64,000 bases of DNA, from IMG/VR virus record IMGVR_UViG_3300040801_003693, positions 1-64,000 of that record. One strand, 5' to 3'. Positions 48,410 through 58,200 of the stretch are shown here, in pieces. The stretch comes from a virus. The first letter of the stretch is position 1. Every line of letters starts with the position of its first letter. Made by a program: the position numbers and the translations under genes. Below the pieces are notes generated by a model, which was not told the DNA's origin, did not search any database, and saw nothing but the letters and a program-made list of their open reading frames with translations.

Positions 48410-48829
48410 TTAAACTTTATTTAACTCTTTATGAACCTTCACCCAAAAATGTTTAGGACGATGGTGTAGATGAATCCGAATGATTGGTAAAGCATATCTA
48501 TATCTTTTGACAATAGATATGTAAACACTATTCTTCATCTCCGAGGAGGGAAAAGAAAGAATGGAGTTTAATTGTTTGTAGACCGCTTCTACAAACTCTT
48601 TACGATGAACGCTTACGCATCCATACTCAATCTCTAACTCTATAAGCCTTATAGCTACCTCTTCCTCTGGAGAAGTAGAGAACTGACTAAGAACATGATA
48701 GAAATCATGCTCTCTCAATTCTTTATTATTTGCTTTAGGCAAATCAATTTTGTTTTTACTTAACCAAACTTTATAGTCGGATACATAAGAATCAATTTGC
48801 AAGTTAGCTTGAACATCTTTAATATTCAT
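48410..48829 (-). CDS. cassette family B: HDxxH protein
   Basis: HDFYHVLSQFSTSPEEE. Confidence 0.7.
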   Translation of the reverse strand: MNIKDVQANLQIDSYVSDYKVWLSKNKIDLPKANNKELREHDFYHVLSQFSTSPEEEVAIRLIELEIEYGCVSVHRKEFVEAVYKQLNSILSFPSSEMKNSVYISIVKRYRYALPIIRIHLHHRPKHFWVKVHKELNKV

Positions 48830-48904
48830 TATTGTTTTCCTTGAAGTTAAACATCAAGAAAAAAGGGTGATTATATGCCACCCTTTTAAAACACTCTCAC
48901 GTTT

Positions 48905-49441
48905 TTAATAAATACCGAAATCCTCCATTATTTTGTTTACTAAATTATGATACTTAACCAAATCGCTACCCATGATTTTATTTGTTAAATAGACTACGTG
49001 ACAATATTTATACTCTTCCCACAATATTTTGTAGGCTTTAGTAAGATCCTTTGTCTTTTTTAAGACTTCTGAAATCTGGTAGTCTAACTCCCATTCTTCA
49101 TATATGTCTAATGTGTCTGTATTGATATCGTACTCCGAACCAAGATGAATCATTTCCCCGCTAGAGGAATAGAAACTAAACCCGGCTTTTTTAAACATTC
49201 TAGTCCTTTCAACTTGTCTTTCATCTCCGGAGAAAGGTATACACTTTAAATAAGCAAAACTATTATTCATCTTAAAATCTTTAAAAGAATTTAATATAAA
49301 CCTAGTAATTGCTATTTTAGATTTTACCTCCCCCATTGAATATGACCCGTTTACTTGAACGCAGACTGTATAAGAGTTATCAAAGTTAGGTTTAAAACTT
49401 AACTTTACGTTATCGCCACAAACATTATTTAAATAAAGCAT
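48905..49441 (-). CDS. cassette family C: GNAT-like protein
   Basis: VQVNGSY...AITRFI...CIPF..DE...ERTRMFKKAGF. Confidence 0.65.
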   Translation of the reverse strand: MLYLNNVCGDNVKLSFKPNFDNSYTVCVQVNGSYSMGEVKSKIAITRFILNSFKDFKMNNSFAYLKCIPFSGDERQVERTRMFKKAGFSFYSSSGEMIHLGSEYDINTDTLDIYEEWELDYQISEVLKKTKDLTKAYKILWEEYKYCHVVYLTNKIMGSDLVKYHNLVNKIMEDFGIY

Positions 49442-49498
49442 TGTTTTTTCTTGAAATAAACATCAAGAAAAAAGGGCATAACGCCCTTATTATTAAAA

Positions 49499-49861
49499 TT
49501 ATTTTTTAGCTTTTAACTTCATCTTTATCTCCTCGGAGATGAATGCAATCTGTGTAGGCTTTTTATACTTGTATCTAAAACCCATTTTGTAATAAGCTTT
49601 TTTACGATACTCACCACCACCATCATCCTTGTGAGCCTCACAAGTAATGACATCAAAGTCAACTTCATCAATAAACAATTTCCAATGAACTAATAACCAT
49701 TTGGTAATAGCAAGCTTAGTTCTTTTTGGAATGTTTGGATTGATATCCAAACTATCATTTACTGTGAAGAATACTTCCCACACTTTCTTCTCCATCCGAA
49801 GAAAAGAGAAGTAAATGTGGTTGCCATCTATAATGGTTTCGTAATCTTTTAAATCGCACAT
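49499..49861 (-). CDS. cassette family C: GNAT-like protein
   Basis: start moved to MCDLK; FTVNDSLD...CEAHKDDGGGEYRKKAYYKMGF. Confidence 0.65.
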   Translation of the reverse strand: MCDLKDYETIIDGNHIYFSFLRMEKKVWEVFFTVNDSLDINPNIPKRTKLAITKWLLVHWKLFIDEVDFDVITCEAHKDDGGGEYRKKAYYKMGFRYKYKKPTQIAFISEEIKMKLKAKK

Positions 49862-49932
49862 AATCTTTTCCTTGAAAATAACTTCAAGAAAAAGAAATAA
49901 GGGTGACTTAATAATCACCTCTTATAGAAGAA

Positions 49933-50244
49933 TTATTTTCTATAACATCTAGCTATAGAATTCTCTTCTTCAAAACCTAACTTTTTATAAACCTTTTCTC
50001 TGTACTCTCCTTCTCCATCTTCTTGATAGGCATAACATCTGATAATATCAAACGTCTGATTACTTAAGAAATGTTTCCAACTAGTTAATAACCATCTTGT
50101 AATTTTAATTTTATTTAGTTTGGATATTGAAGGGTCTATATCGTAGTAACCATTTATTTTAAAATCTACAGAGTACTCTTTAGGTTGCCAGGATTCAAAA
50201 GAAAGAGATACATTTATTCCGTTGATATTAGTAGAGTAATTCAT
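49933..50244 (-). CDS. cassette family C: GNAT-like protein
   Basis: start moved to MNYSTN; FKINGYYD...CYAYQEDGEGEYREKVYKKLGF. Confidence 0.65.
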   Translation of the reverse strand: MNYSTNINGINVSLSFESWQPKEYSVDFKINGYYDIDPSISKLNKIKITRWLLTSWKHFLSNQTFDIIRCYAYQEDGEGEYREKVYKKLGFEEENSIARCYRK

Positions 50245-50301
50245 TGTTTTTCTTGATATAAACATCAAGAAATAAGGGCGAAATTGTCGCCCTTATTATT
50301 A

Positions 50302-50673
50302 TTAAAATACTTCTGTATAGATATTCTCTTCTTGAGAAATGAAACTCTCAGAGAAATATCCTAGATAACCTGTTCTTAAAACAGGAATAAACCCTAATTT
50401 TTTATATGCCTTTGTTCTATATTCTTTTTCTCCATCCTCTTTGTAAGGTATACAATATACCCACTCGAAGGTGTTAGAAGTAATAAAACTTTTCCAAACA
50501 TCTAACAGCCATTTGGTTATTAGATATTTATCTTTTTTAGACAAATTAGGATCTAAGTCGTGACTTCCATTAACTTTGAAATCTGCCATGTAACTATGGT
50601 TTTCGATTCCCGTTTTGAAAGTGAACACAACTTCGTTATCGTTAACAATTGTATTAAATTGAATAGTAGCCAT
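50302..50673 (-). CDS. cassette family C: GNAT-like protein
   Basis: start moved to MATIQF; FKVNGSHD...CIPYKEDGEKEYRTKAYKKLGF. Confidence 0.65.
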   Translation of the reverse strand: MATIQFNTIVNDNEVVFTFKTGIENHSYMADFKVNGSHDLDPNLSKKDKYLITKWLLDVWKSFITSNTFEWVYCIPYKEDGEKEYRTKAYKKLGFIPVLRTGYLGYFSESFISQEENIYTEVF

Positions 50674-50792
50674 AAGAATTTCTTCTTTGTTAATAAACAT
50701 CAACAAAGAAGAAAAAAATAAGGGAGACACTTTGACACAGGGCACAGCCCGTGTCAAAGTGTCGGTCGTGACATTACTGCCACCCTAAAGTA

Positions 50793-51161
50793 TTAAGCTG
50801 CTAATAGCTGATTGACTTTATCGAAGAATGTATAATTAAGCTCTACAAAATCTTTTGATAAGATATTATAAAACTTAACTAAACATTGATACTGTTCTCT
50901 ACTTAACTGTTCAGTTCCCTTAGAGATTTCTGAATAGTTAATAGCAGCAGTATCGTAGTCGAAAACAAATCCTTGTTCCACCATTGCGACTATACCTTCC
51001 TCCGGATAAGACACACCCAAGTCCGTTAGGACATGAACGTAATCGTGCATCCGAAAGAATTCACAGTCTGGTAAATCCAGATTATTCTTTTCCAACCACT
51101 TCAAATAAGCATCAACATAACCCTGTGGGTCGTTAGCTAAATGAAATTTAGTATTTAACAT
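50793..51161 (-). CDS. cassette family B: HDxxH protein
   Basis: HDYVHVLTDLGVSYPEE. Confidence 0.7.
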   Translation of the reverse strand: MLNTKFHLANDPQGYVDAYLKWLEKNNLDLPDCEFFRMHDYVHVLTDLGVSYPEEGIVAMVEQGFVFDYDTAAINYSEISKGTEQLSREQYQCLVKFYNILSKDFVELNYTFFDKVNQLLAA

Positions 51162-51225
51162 TGTTCTTGAATATAAACATCAAGAAAAAAGGGCAGCATT
51201 TCTACTACCCTTGTATACACAGTTC

Positions 51226-51873
51226 TTAATAATTGCATTCGCTAATATCTGGGGCTGTGCATGAATCCCAATAAACAGTATCTTCTACTGTAATATTGGG
51301 AGAAAAAGAACTAGTTTGAAGAAGGATCATAGCAACCAATCCAAAAAACCTAAACCGATTCAGATTAAATGGATATGCTCGAACAGAATTCCACGAAGTT
51401 ACCCTCGTGAAATTTGGTTGCTTGATTTGATAAACATTGTATCGACAATTAGGTTGCCTGTTACGTTGTTCTACCAAGCATTGCATTATCTGCAATACTA
51501 AATATGGATAGCTTTCTAAAGCTACAGCAGCATACTCTAATGCAGAGTATCTGTTGTCCCATATTTTCTTCAATTTTGAGATAGAAGGTTTTGCTATTCC
51601 CATTCTTTCGAGCAGGATATCAGCTTCTGCCACCGTCGCCAAACACCCGTATGCTTGAATCAAGTGAACACACTCATGCGTAAAAATCGTAATCCTTTCT
51701 TGAGGAGCGAGATTTTCGTAATCATAGATTACAATTTTTTTATAAAATGCATTATAAATTCCTGACGTTCCCTCACGCTTCCCTTCATATAGCAATTTAT
51801 GACCAAAATCATCCACGATAACTTTTGCAAAAGTTTCTTCTAATCTTTTTAATTCTTTAATTGATACGCTCAT
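51226..51873 (-). CDS. cassette family A: HExxH zincin-like metalloprotein
   Basis: SGIYN...IFTHECVHLIQ...LEYAA. Confidence 0.7.
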   Translation of the reverse strand: MSVSIKELKRLEETFAKVIVDDFGHKLLYEGKREGTSGIYNAFYKKIVIYDYENLAPQERITIFTHECVHLIQAYGCLATVAEADILLERMGIAKPSISKLKKIWDNRYSALEYAAVALESYPYLVLQIMQCLVEQRNRQPNCRYNVYQIKQPNFTRVTSWNSVRAYPFNLNRFRFFGLVAMILLQTSSFSPNITVEDTVYWDSCTAPDISECNY

Positions 51874-51943
51874 AGGATTTCTCCTTTGTTAATAAACAGC
51901 AACAAAGGAGAAAAAAAGGGCAGCATTACTGCCACCCTTAAAG

Positions 51944-52403
51944 TTATTCTCTTTCTAACTTAAACAAAAGCATTTGATATTCTACTCTAAACGAACTCTC
52001 CAAGTACTCTACCTGGCTAAGCTTATTTATCTTGGTTAGCCTATAGTTCATCATAGACATCAGTTGAGTCTTATCGTGAATAGATATCTCAGGACTGCTC
52101 ATGACACTATTAATGTCATAAATCTCAGCCCTCCAGGCTAATACTTGGTTCTCATTATTTGTTTTATCTGGATAGTTGAATCCTTGCGGATTCAAATTAT
52201 GCCGGAGAAAAGCAAACGAATGATGCCAAGCATTCTTAGCCTCTTCACTATTGTGTTCAACCTGGAAAACCAGGTTATCACCGGGAGCATTCATAGCTGA
52301 TGATATCGCTTGGTAGCGACATCTCTACTACTACTGGGTATCCCTCTACCATCACTGTGGTGGATAAGGACTTAGTGGGATTAATAAATACTAATGTAAA
52401 CAT
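51944..52403 (-). pseudogene. cassette family D gene split by a +1 frameshift near 52285
   Basis: MFTLVFINPTKSLSTTVMVEGYP...SYECSR* continues in the +1 frame as GDNLVFQVEH..E...AW, matching 45945 and 47000. Confidence 0.75.
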
Positions 52404-52609
52404 GAGGTTTCCCTTGTTCTTAAGTGCAATAAAAAAGGGACACTCAAGTTCAATTTGTATAAGTTTCTGTGCAGAAATCACGTCTGGGTGGGGGGTACCC
52501 ACACACAAATAAATTAGTTAAAATATCCGCAGCAACTTTTTTAAAATAGAAAGCTCTTGATTAATTTAGTAAACTGTAGCTATAGTATAAATAATAAATA
52601 TTATCTAAT

Positions 52610-53011
52610 ATGCAAGACTTTATAACCTACTCAGTTAATATGATTATTAAAATTGCTGAATACAAAAATCTCAAGGCAATTGATTTAATGATAGCTACTT
52701 TAGTAGAGGTAGCAGAAGATGATCTAATCGAAACTATATTAGCAGAAACTGCACAGTATCTTGAGAAAACAAATCCCAAATTGTGCAAGTGGTTTAAGAC
52801 TGAGATAGAACAATTATTTTATGGAGAAGAAGTAACAACTCCTCAAACAATTGAAGATTTGAAACATATACTTATAGATAGTAATTTTAAAGAAGGAGAG
52901 GATTTTATTATTAAAGAAGGATTAATTACAATGAATGATGAAGCGTTAATTCTAATCAATTCCAATTATGGATTGGAAAGTATAGAAGAACTTCTCTCTC
53001 CTAACCCCTAA
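52610..53011 (+). CDS. hypothetical protein
   Basis: 133 aa; first gene of the divergent + strand block. Confidence 0.6.
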   Translation: MQDFITYSVNMIIKIAEYKNLKAIDLMIATLVEVAEDDLIETILAETAQYLEKTNPKLCKWFKTEIEQLFYGEEVTTPQTIEDLKHILIDSNFKEGEDFIIKEGLITMNDEALILINSNYGLESIEELLSPNP

Positions 53012-53025
53012 CCTCAAGCCTATAC

Positions 53026-53256
53026 ATGAAAAATATTGTTTACTTAATTCGTATTTTTATTTTAAAGCAGAATATAGATTGGGAAATAAATTTCAATCAG
53101 ATGTGTTTAAAGTTTACTAAAGAAGGAAGTTTAATAATTAAAGCCAAGAAAGTAATTATGGATTATGAAGAGGGATATTTTGGAATGTACCCTTTAGAAA
53201 AAAATATAGAATTAGAATTAAAAGAGGATAATAAATGCTTGGTTACGGAGCGGTGA
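53026..53256 (+). CDS. hypothetical protein
   Basis: 76-aa ORF. Confidence 0.5.
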   Translation: MKNIVYLIRIFILKQNIDWEINFNQMCLKFTKEGSLIIKAKKVIMDYEEGYFGMYPLEKNIELELKEDNKCLVTER

Positions 53257-53495
53257 GATTAGGAGATAAAGTTTTATCTATTTGCCTCAAACCTAGTGGT
53301 CCTTTTATTAAAGGGTCTTCTAGAACTTTTATAGACGCTAGACCTGCAATTAGATTAGGAGACTTATCTATACCAGGCATAGCAATTACAGGATCTTCTA
53401 AAACTTTGATTGATGGAAGACCTGCGGTGCGACAAATAGATAGAGTTTTTTGTGGGGTAATAATATCAGCTTCGAGTAAAACTTATATAGGTTAA
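53235..53495 (+). CDS. PAAR-repeat tail spike tip protein
   Basis: three repeats AVRLGD / PAIRLGD / PAVRQID with GSS.T.ID spacers. Confidence 0.9.
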   Translation: MLGYGAVRLGDKVLSICLKPSGPFIKGSSRTFIDARPAIRLGDLSIPGIAITGSSKTLIDGRPAVRQIDRVFCGVIISASSKTYIG

Positions 53496-53499
53496 AAAT

Positions 53500-54336
53500 A
53501 TGTTTGATAATTCAATAATGGATTACAGTGTTTCAGATGTTCCGGAATTAACTAGTGCTGTTCTTGAAACTTATTATGAAGAATTAGAACAATATTGGGA
53601 AACAGGAGAACAATTAGCAGATGTTAATGGTAATCCTTATAGCAGAACATATACTATTTTAGAATTTATTCCGGATGAAGAAGTAGAGGTAATTAAAATA
53701 TTACTTCCTCAAAAGCGGGAAGAATATGATGATTTTGATTTTTATTATATTGTAAAGACTCATACTTATGAAACTATATACAGTTCTTCAATAGGTAACG
53801 TCTCTCCGGGGGAAGAGTTTCTTAGATGGAATAAAACTAAAAGTAAGTTAAGGAATGAATCTATTTGGACTCATAAGAAAGCTAAAACTTTAACTTATAG
53901 TAAACCTGGAGGTTTTTATTATCAAGGTCAAAGATTATTAGTTAATACCGGAAAATATATTGCTGCTTCTATAAAATCAACAATTGGAATAGAAGTTAAT
54001 TTTTTTAATCAGGATGAAGAAACAAGAATTCCGATTAAAAACTTAACGGACTTTTTTTTAAGTGGTAATTTAATTGAGATAGTTGTAGCGAGTAGTAATT
54101 CTATTACGCCCTTTAATTTAGAAATAACATTTTATGGGAAGAGGAAATGGTCTGCTTTATTACCAGGAGAACAAATATCTGAAGACATATTAATTCATCC
54201 AAATAATTTAGCTATTAAGGATAGATTGAAACCACCGGGGATGTCTTCTTTACCAGATAATTTTTGGAATAGTAAAGAATATCCGTTAAAATTTAAAAGA
54301 GATTTAACTTCAGGTAACGAAGCTAAATGGGTTTAG
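53500..54336 (+). CDS. hypothetical, probably virion/baseplate-associated
   Basis: 278 aa directly downstream of the PAAR gene. Confidence 0.55.
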   Translation: MFDNSIMDYSVSDVPELTSAVLETYYEELEQYWETGEQLADVNGNPYSRTYTILEFIPDEEVEVIKILLPQKREEYDDFDFYYIVKTHTYETIYSSSIGNVSPGEEFLRWNKTKSKLRNESIWTHKKAKTLTYSKPGGFYYQGQRLLVNTGKYIAASIKSTIGIEVNFFNQDEETRIPIKNLTDFFLSGNLIEIVVASSNSITPFNLEITFYGKRKWSALLPGEQISEDILIHPNNLAIKDRLKPPGMSSLPDNFWNSKEYPLKFKRDLTSGNEAKWV

Positions 54337-54653
54337 AGATTAAGGAGTATTTGAATTTAGATTTAGACGAGAACACTTTTATTCTACCTAAGAATAAAAA
54401 CTTAAAAATAAGTATTAGTTACAATTATTATTTAGAGTATGTAAGACTTCAGAAGGAATTAAAATTAACATCCCCCGCTTTAATGGTGGAGTTAATAGAA
54501 AATTACAAAGTAAATCATCCTCATCATTTAAAAAACATGAGAAGAGGAATACTAGCTAGAATTAATAGAGGAGTAGGATATGAATATATTCTACAGTTAA
54601 AGTTATTATATTATGCCCTTGGACATTTTTTAAAAAGGATAAGAGTTATATAA
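54327..54653 (+). CDS. hypothetical protein
   Basis: 108-aa coupled ORF. Confidence 0.55.
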   Translation: MGLEIKEYLNLDLDENTFILPKNKNLKISISYNYYLEYVRLQKELKLTSPALMVELIENYKVNHPHHLKNMRRGILARINRGVGYEYILQLKLLYYALGHFLKRIRVI

Positions 54654-54926
54654 ATGATATATTTATCGATTATTGATAATTTAAATTGTGAGGTATTGTC
54701 TACTGTAAATCCAATATTAGAGGAGTTGGATAATAGTAATATACAGTCAATAGAATTAGAAGAGTGGAAAGTGATATTAAAATTATTAGAAGAGGATGAA
54801 GAAACGAATAGAGAAACAGCAGCGGCGATTGTTTCTGATTTAATTAGAAACCAATTGGATAGATTTACCTGTGTAATTAATAATAGTGTTCCTTCAGATT
54901 TACCGGATGCATTCAATGAATATTAA
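54654..54926 (+). CDS. hypothetical acidic protein
   Basis: 90-aa ORF. Confidence 0.55.
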   Translation: MIYLSIIDNLNCEVLSTVNPILEELDNSNIQSIELEEWKVILKLLEEDEETNRETAAAIVSDLIRNQLDRFTCVINNSVPSDLPDAFNEY

Positions 54927-55284
54927 TTTAGAGGATTATAAAATATCCTATGAGGTGACAGTATTGCCCAACGTATTATATGCAGAATTAGTAAATGCAA
55001 AAACTCCTTTAGTGTTTGATAGTTTTTATATTCCAGAAGAGTTAAAAAATTTTGCGCTTGAATGTAGATTTATTCTTTACGACAAAGATGGAGGATGTGT
55101 AGAGTTTTCTAACAACATTACTTTGGAACAGCAAATAGTTTACACGTTAAATTTAGTTCCATTAAAGATGATACATAAATTATGTTCTTCAGTTAAAAAT
55201 CAATATTCAAAAGAATATCCTGTAATTGCGGGGTCTGATTCAATAGCAGATTCTTCTACGCTATCTTCTAATGATTCAACATAA
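54886..55284 (+). CDS. hypothetical protein, likely start 54916; overlaps the giant gene tail-to-tail
   Basis: 122-132-aa ORF. Confidence 0.5.
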   Translation: MFLQIYRMHSMNINLEDYKISYEVTVLPNVLYAELVNAKTPLVFDSFYIPEELKNFALECRFILYDKDGGCVEFSNNITLEQQIVYTLNLVPLKMIHKLCSSVKNQYSKEYPVIAGSDSIADSSTLSSNDST

Positions 55285-58200
55285 AGTGCTTGTTGAGTAG
55301 CACTACTGATTTCTTCATCTCCGGAGAAAGTAGAATAAGTAATATACTGAGTCATTCCATCTTCAGCGTACACTGCAACATCATCAACTGTATTCTGTTC
55401 ATCTGTTTGTCTTACTTCTCTAATATAATTTTCAGCGTGTTGTAAAGTAGTTTCTAATATAGAAGGTTGAGGGGAATCAACTATAAAGTTTTGTATTTGT
55501 TGACCAACCATCATTCCTAATATAGTAGATGCAATTGCACCAACTCCAGTGCTAATTATTCCTCTCATATTATTATATTTATCCATATCCAAAGACATCT
55601 TTGCCTGACCGAAAGGTGTCATTTTATTCATGAGTACATTACTAAAATATTCAGTACCGAACATACCGATAGCACTCATAGTCATTTCTCGTGCAGCTAA
55701 ACCTGCAATTGCCTTACCCGTATCACCATCACTATTAGCGATCGCCATTCTTGCTTTAAAAGCAGTACCGGATGCAACTTGAGCTACACCCCCAGCACCT
55801 TTGCTCATACCTTTGGTACCTAGCATATAAGATTTAACGTGCATAGCAGAACTAATAGAGTTACCCATTACCTGTTGGAATGCCTCTGGGTTAACTTCAC
55901 CAGAAGCCAGAGCCTGACCTGCCATAATAAGTGCGGGTAAGAAAACTAATTCAGCAGCGAGATCGGCGTTTCTTGTTCCGGCTAATTTACCAAAAGCAGA
56001 TTTAGAAGCTTTAGTATTTAGTCGAGGATTATGTCTTGTCGAATATCCTTGTTGAGATTCTTGAATAATTTGACGAGTTACTTCTTCCATTACATCTATA
56101 TCGGGGTCTGCAACACCTGCTGCTACTTTAGTTTGAATTTGTCTCTGAACTACATTTTTAGCTTCTTCTTGAGATAGTCCCATTGCAGTTAAATTCTTTA
56201 CCATACCTTCGGCAGTATAGGTTTTAGAAGGATTAAGATTATTAGTACCTTCATAGATTTTCATTACAGAGTTTGCCATTGCTCCAAACTGAGTAGAGTT
56301 TAATCTACTCATAATTAGTTCGCTTGAGCCTTCAGCAGATTGAATAAGCTGTTTGTAAAATTCCATTAGCTGCATTTTATCAGGGGCATTACTTAATCCT
56401 CCTTGCTCCATTAATTTTAAAAGTAATTCATCCGGTTGTAACTGATGGTTATTATCTTTACTTTTAAAAGTGGCTAACATAGAATTCATAAAATATGCCA
56501 TTGACTGAGGGGAAATCTTTCCTGCTGTTGCAAGCTGTACGTAAGCAGCACTTGTAGGGTCTTGAGAAATATCCATTGTAGAACTTTCCCCTTTAGAACC
56601 AGAACTCAGTTTACTTCTTACTTGATTGTAATTAGCAAACTCTACTAATTTCTCTCCTTTCTCCCCGGCAAAAGTTTCAATTGATTGCTTCATCTGAACG
56701 TACTGATGAGCGTGAAGCAATTTATCTTCTGTTGATATTTTACTGTAATGTTCTATTACATCTTTTCCTACTAAGCTTTTAAAACTTTCATAATATTCTT
56801 GCTGCTCGATGCTTAAGGTATCAAAGTAGTTTTTATCTCTAACAACTTCTTCCATACCTTGAACTAAATAATCTAATTTAGATTTTTCCTGTACCAATTC
56901 TGGACTATTTAAGTTCTTCATCAACATACTTTGCAAAGTTCTGCCTGTTGATTCTGCACTGTTCCAAGCTTTATTTTCTGCATCATAAGAAAGTTCTTGA
57001 CCTCTAGCTTTCTCAAATGCAAATGCTGTAGCTAAATTTAATAAATCTTGTTTAGTTTTATAAGATGCAACCAATGCCATTTTATTTACGTTCATTTCAT
57101 TGATTGGTTTATAATCAGAAGATACTGCGGTTTTAATACTAGTTGCAATTTCTCCTTGTTCATCTACAAATCCCAATCTTTTCATATAGTGTTTTTCTAC
57201 ATTGGAATCAGATATATTAATTTCAAATCTTCCCAAAACTTCTGCTTGAGCATTCTTATTCTTTTCATCTGTATATTCTGTCTTTAAAGTTTGTACTGTA
57301 TTAACTAATTTATCTAACTGCACTAAAGATTTTAATCCTGTACCAGGACCAAACTTACCTACAATTAAATCGATTATTCTTTCTCTATCTTCATCACTAT
57401 CTGCATTACGATAAGATTCAATGTCTTTATTAATTTCATTTAAAAATTCAACAGAATCTTTTGGCTTAATCGAATCTCGCATTAACTGATTTATAATTTG
57501 TAAGAATCCACCCATTTGCATAGAACGGGCACGTCCGGATTCAGCAGACTTCATCATATCAGTATAAGCATCCTCTCCCATATTTGCTTTTACCATATCT
57601 CCAATCTTCCCATCTGTATCGTTTTCCAATAAAAATGACAATGCTAAAAAAGGAGATTCAGTATATAACAAAGAAGCCATACTATTATACGTCTTGCCTA
57701 AAATCACAGAACCAGCTTGACCTAAAGTCTTGAGCATCATCTCCCACTGATCTGTATTTACTGCCGTACCCGCAGTACCTCTAGATTGATATTTAGATAA
57801 CTGTTCCCCAGCAGAAGTTGTAGAAAATATTCTTGTAACGTAGTCAGTAATACCTTCCTCTCCGGAGGAGACAGCCTGTTGTAAATCGGTTCTAATTTGC
57901 TCTCTATATTCAGGAGTAGATTCTAATAGTGATTTAGCAAAAGTGTTTTGTGGATCTTGTCCAATCAGCATTGTTTTAAATGCTTCATCATTCATTAAGG
58001 CTTCTTTATCTTGAGCAATACTAGTTACTGCTTGATGTAAAGGACGAATGTTATTAATAACATCTTCCATCCCTCCAAATAATCCTCTACCTTGCTCAAT
58101 TAAAGTAAACAGTGTTCCAGTATCCATACCTCCTAAAATCTTCTCATCTACTTTAAGATAATTGGAAACGTACTTGACGCTAGCCTTTCTCATCTCTTGC

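Larger units (their letters stand above)
35865..52440 (-). repeat. more than 20 copies of a double-hairpin gene leader, one per gene
   Basis: coding-strand pattern GGG-N5..12-CCC-TTTTT(T)-CTT(T)G-loop-CAA(A)G-(G)AAAA-N2..8-ATG directly upstream of starts at 35864, 37281, 38785, 41050, 42125, 42915, 43464, 44396, 44824, 44972, 45549, 46367, 46830, 46941, 47428, 47864, 48351, 48829, 49441, 49861, 50244, 50673, 51161, 51873, 52403; some copies are degenerate. Confidence 0.9.

Noticed and set aside
42466-52440. Classical integron with attC sites
   Set aside because: No tyrosine integrase in the window and no consistent RYYYAAC/GTTRRRY cores; kept only as an analogy
43536-52508. Apparent shared N-terminal peptide (PLFLCT...KEK, SPLFLF...) in several track ORFs
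   Set aside because: Artefact of ORFs extended upstream through the conserved leader DNA; real starts are the ATGs right after the leader (44396, 45549, 49861, 50244, 50673, 52403; likewise 35864 and 42125)
52586-52593. T4-type late promoter TATAAATA before the PAAR block
   Set aside because: Expected by chance in AT-rich intergenic DNA; no gp55-like sigma factor is visible in the window
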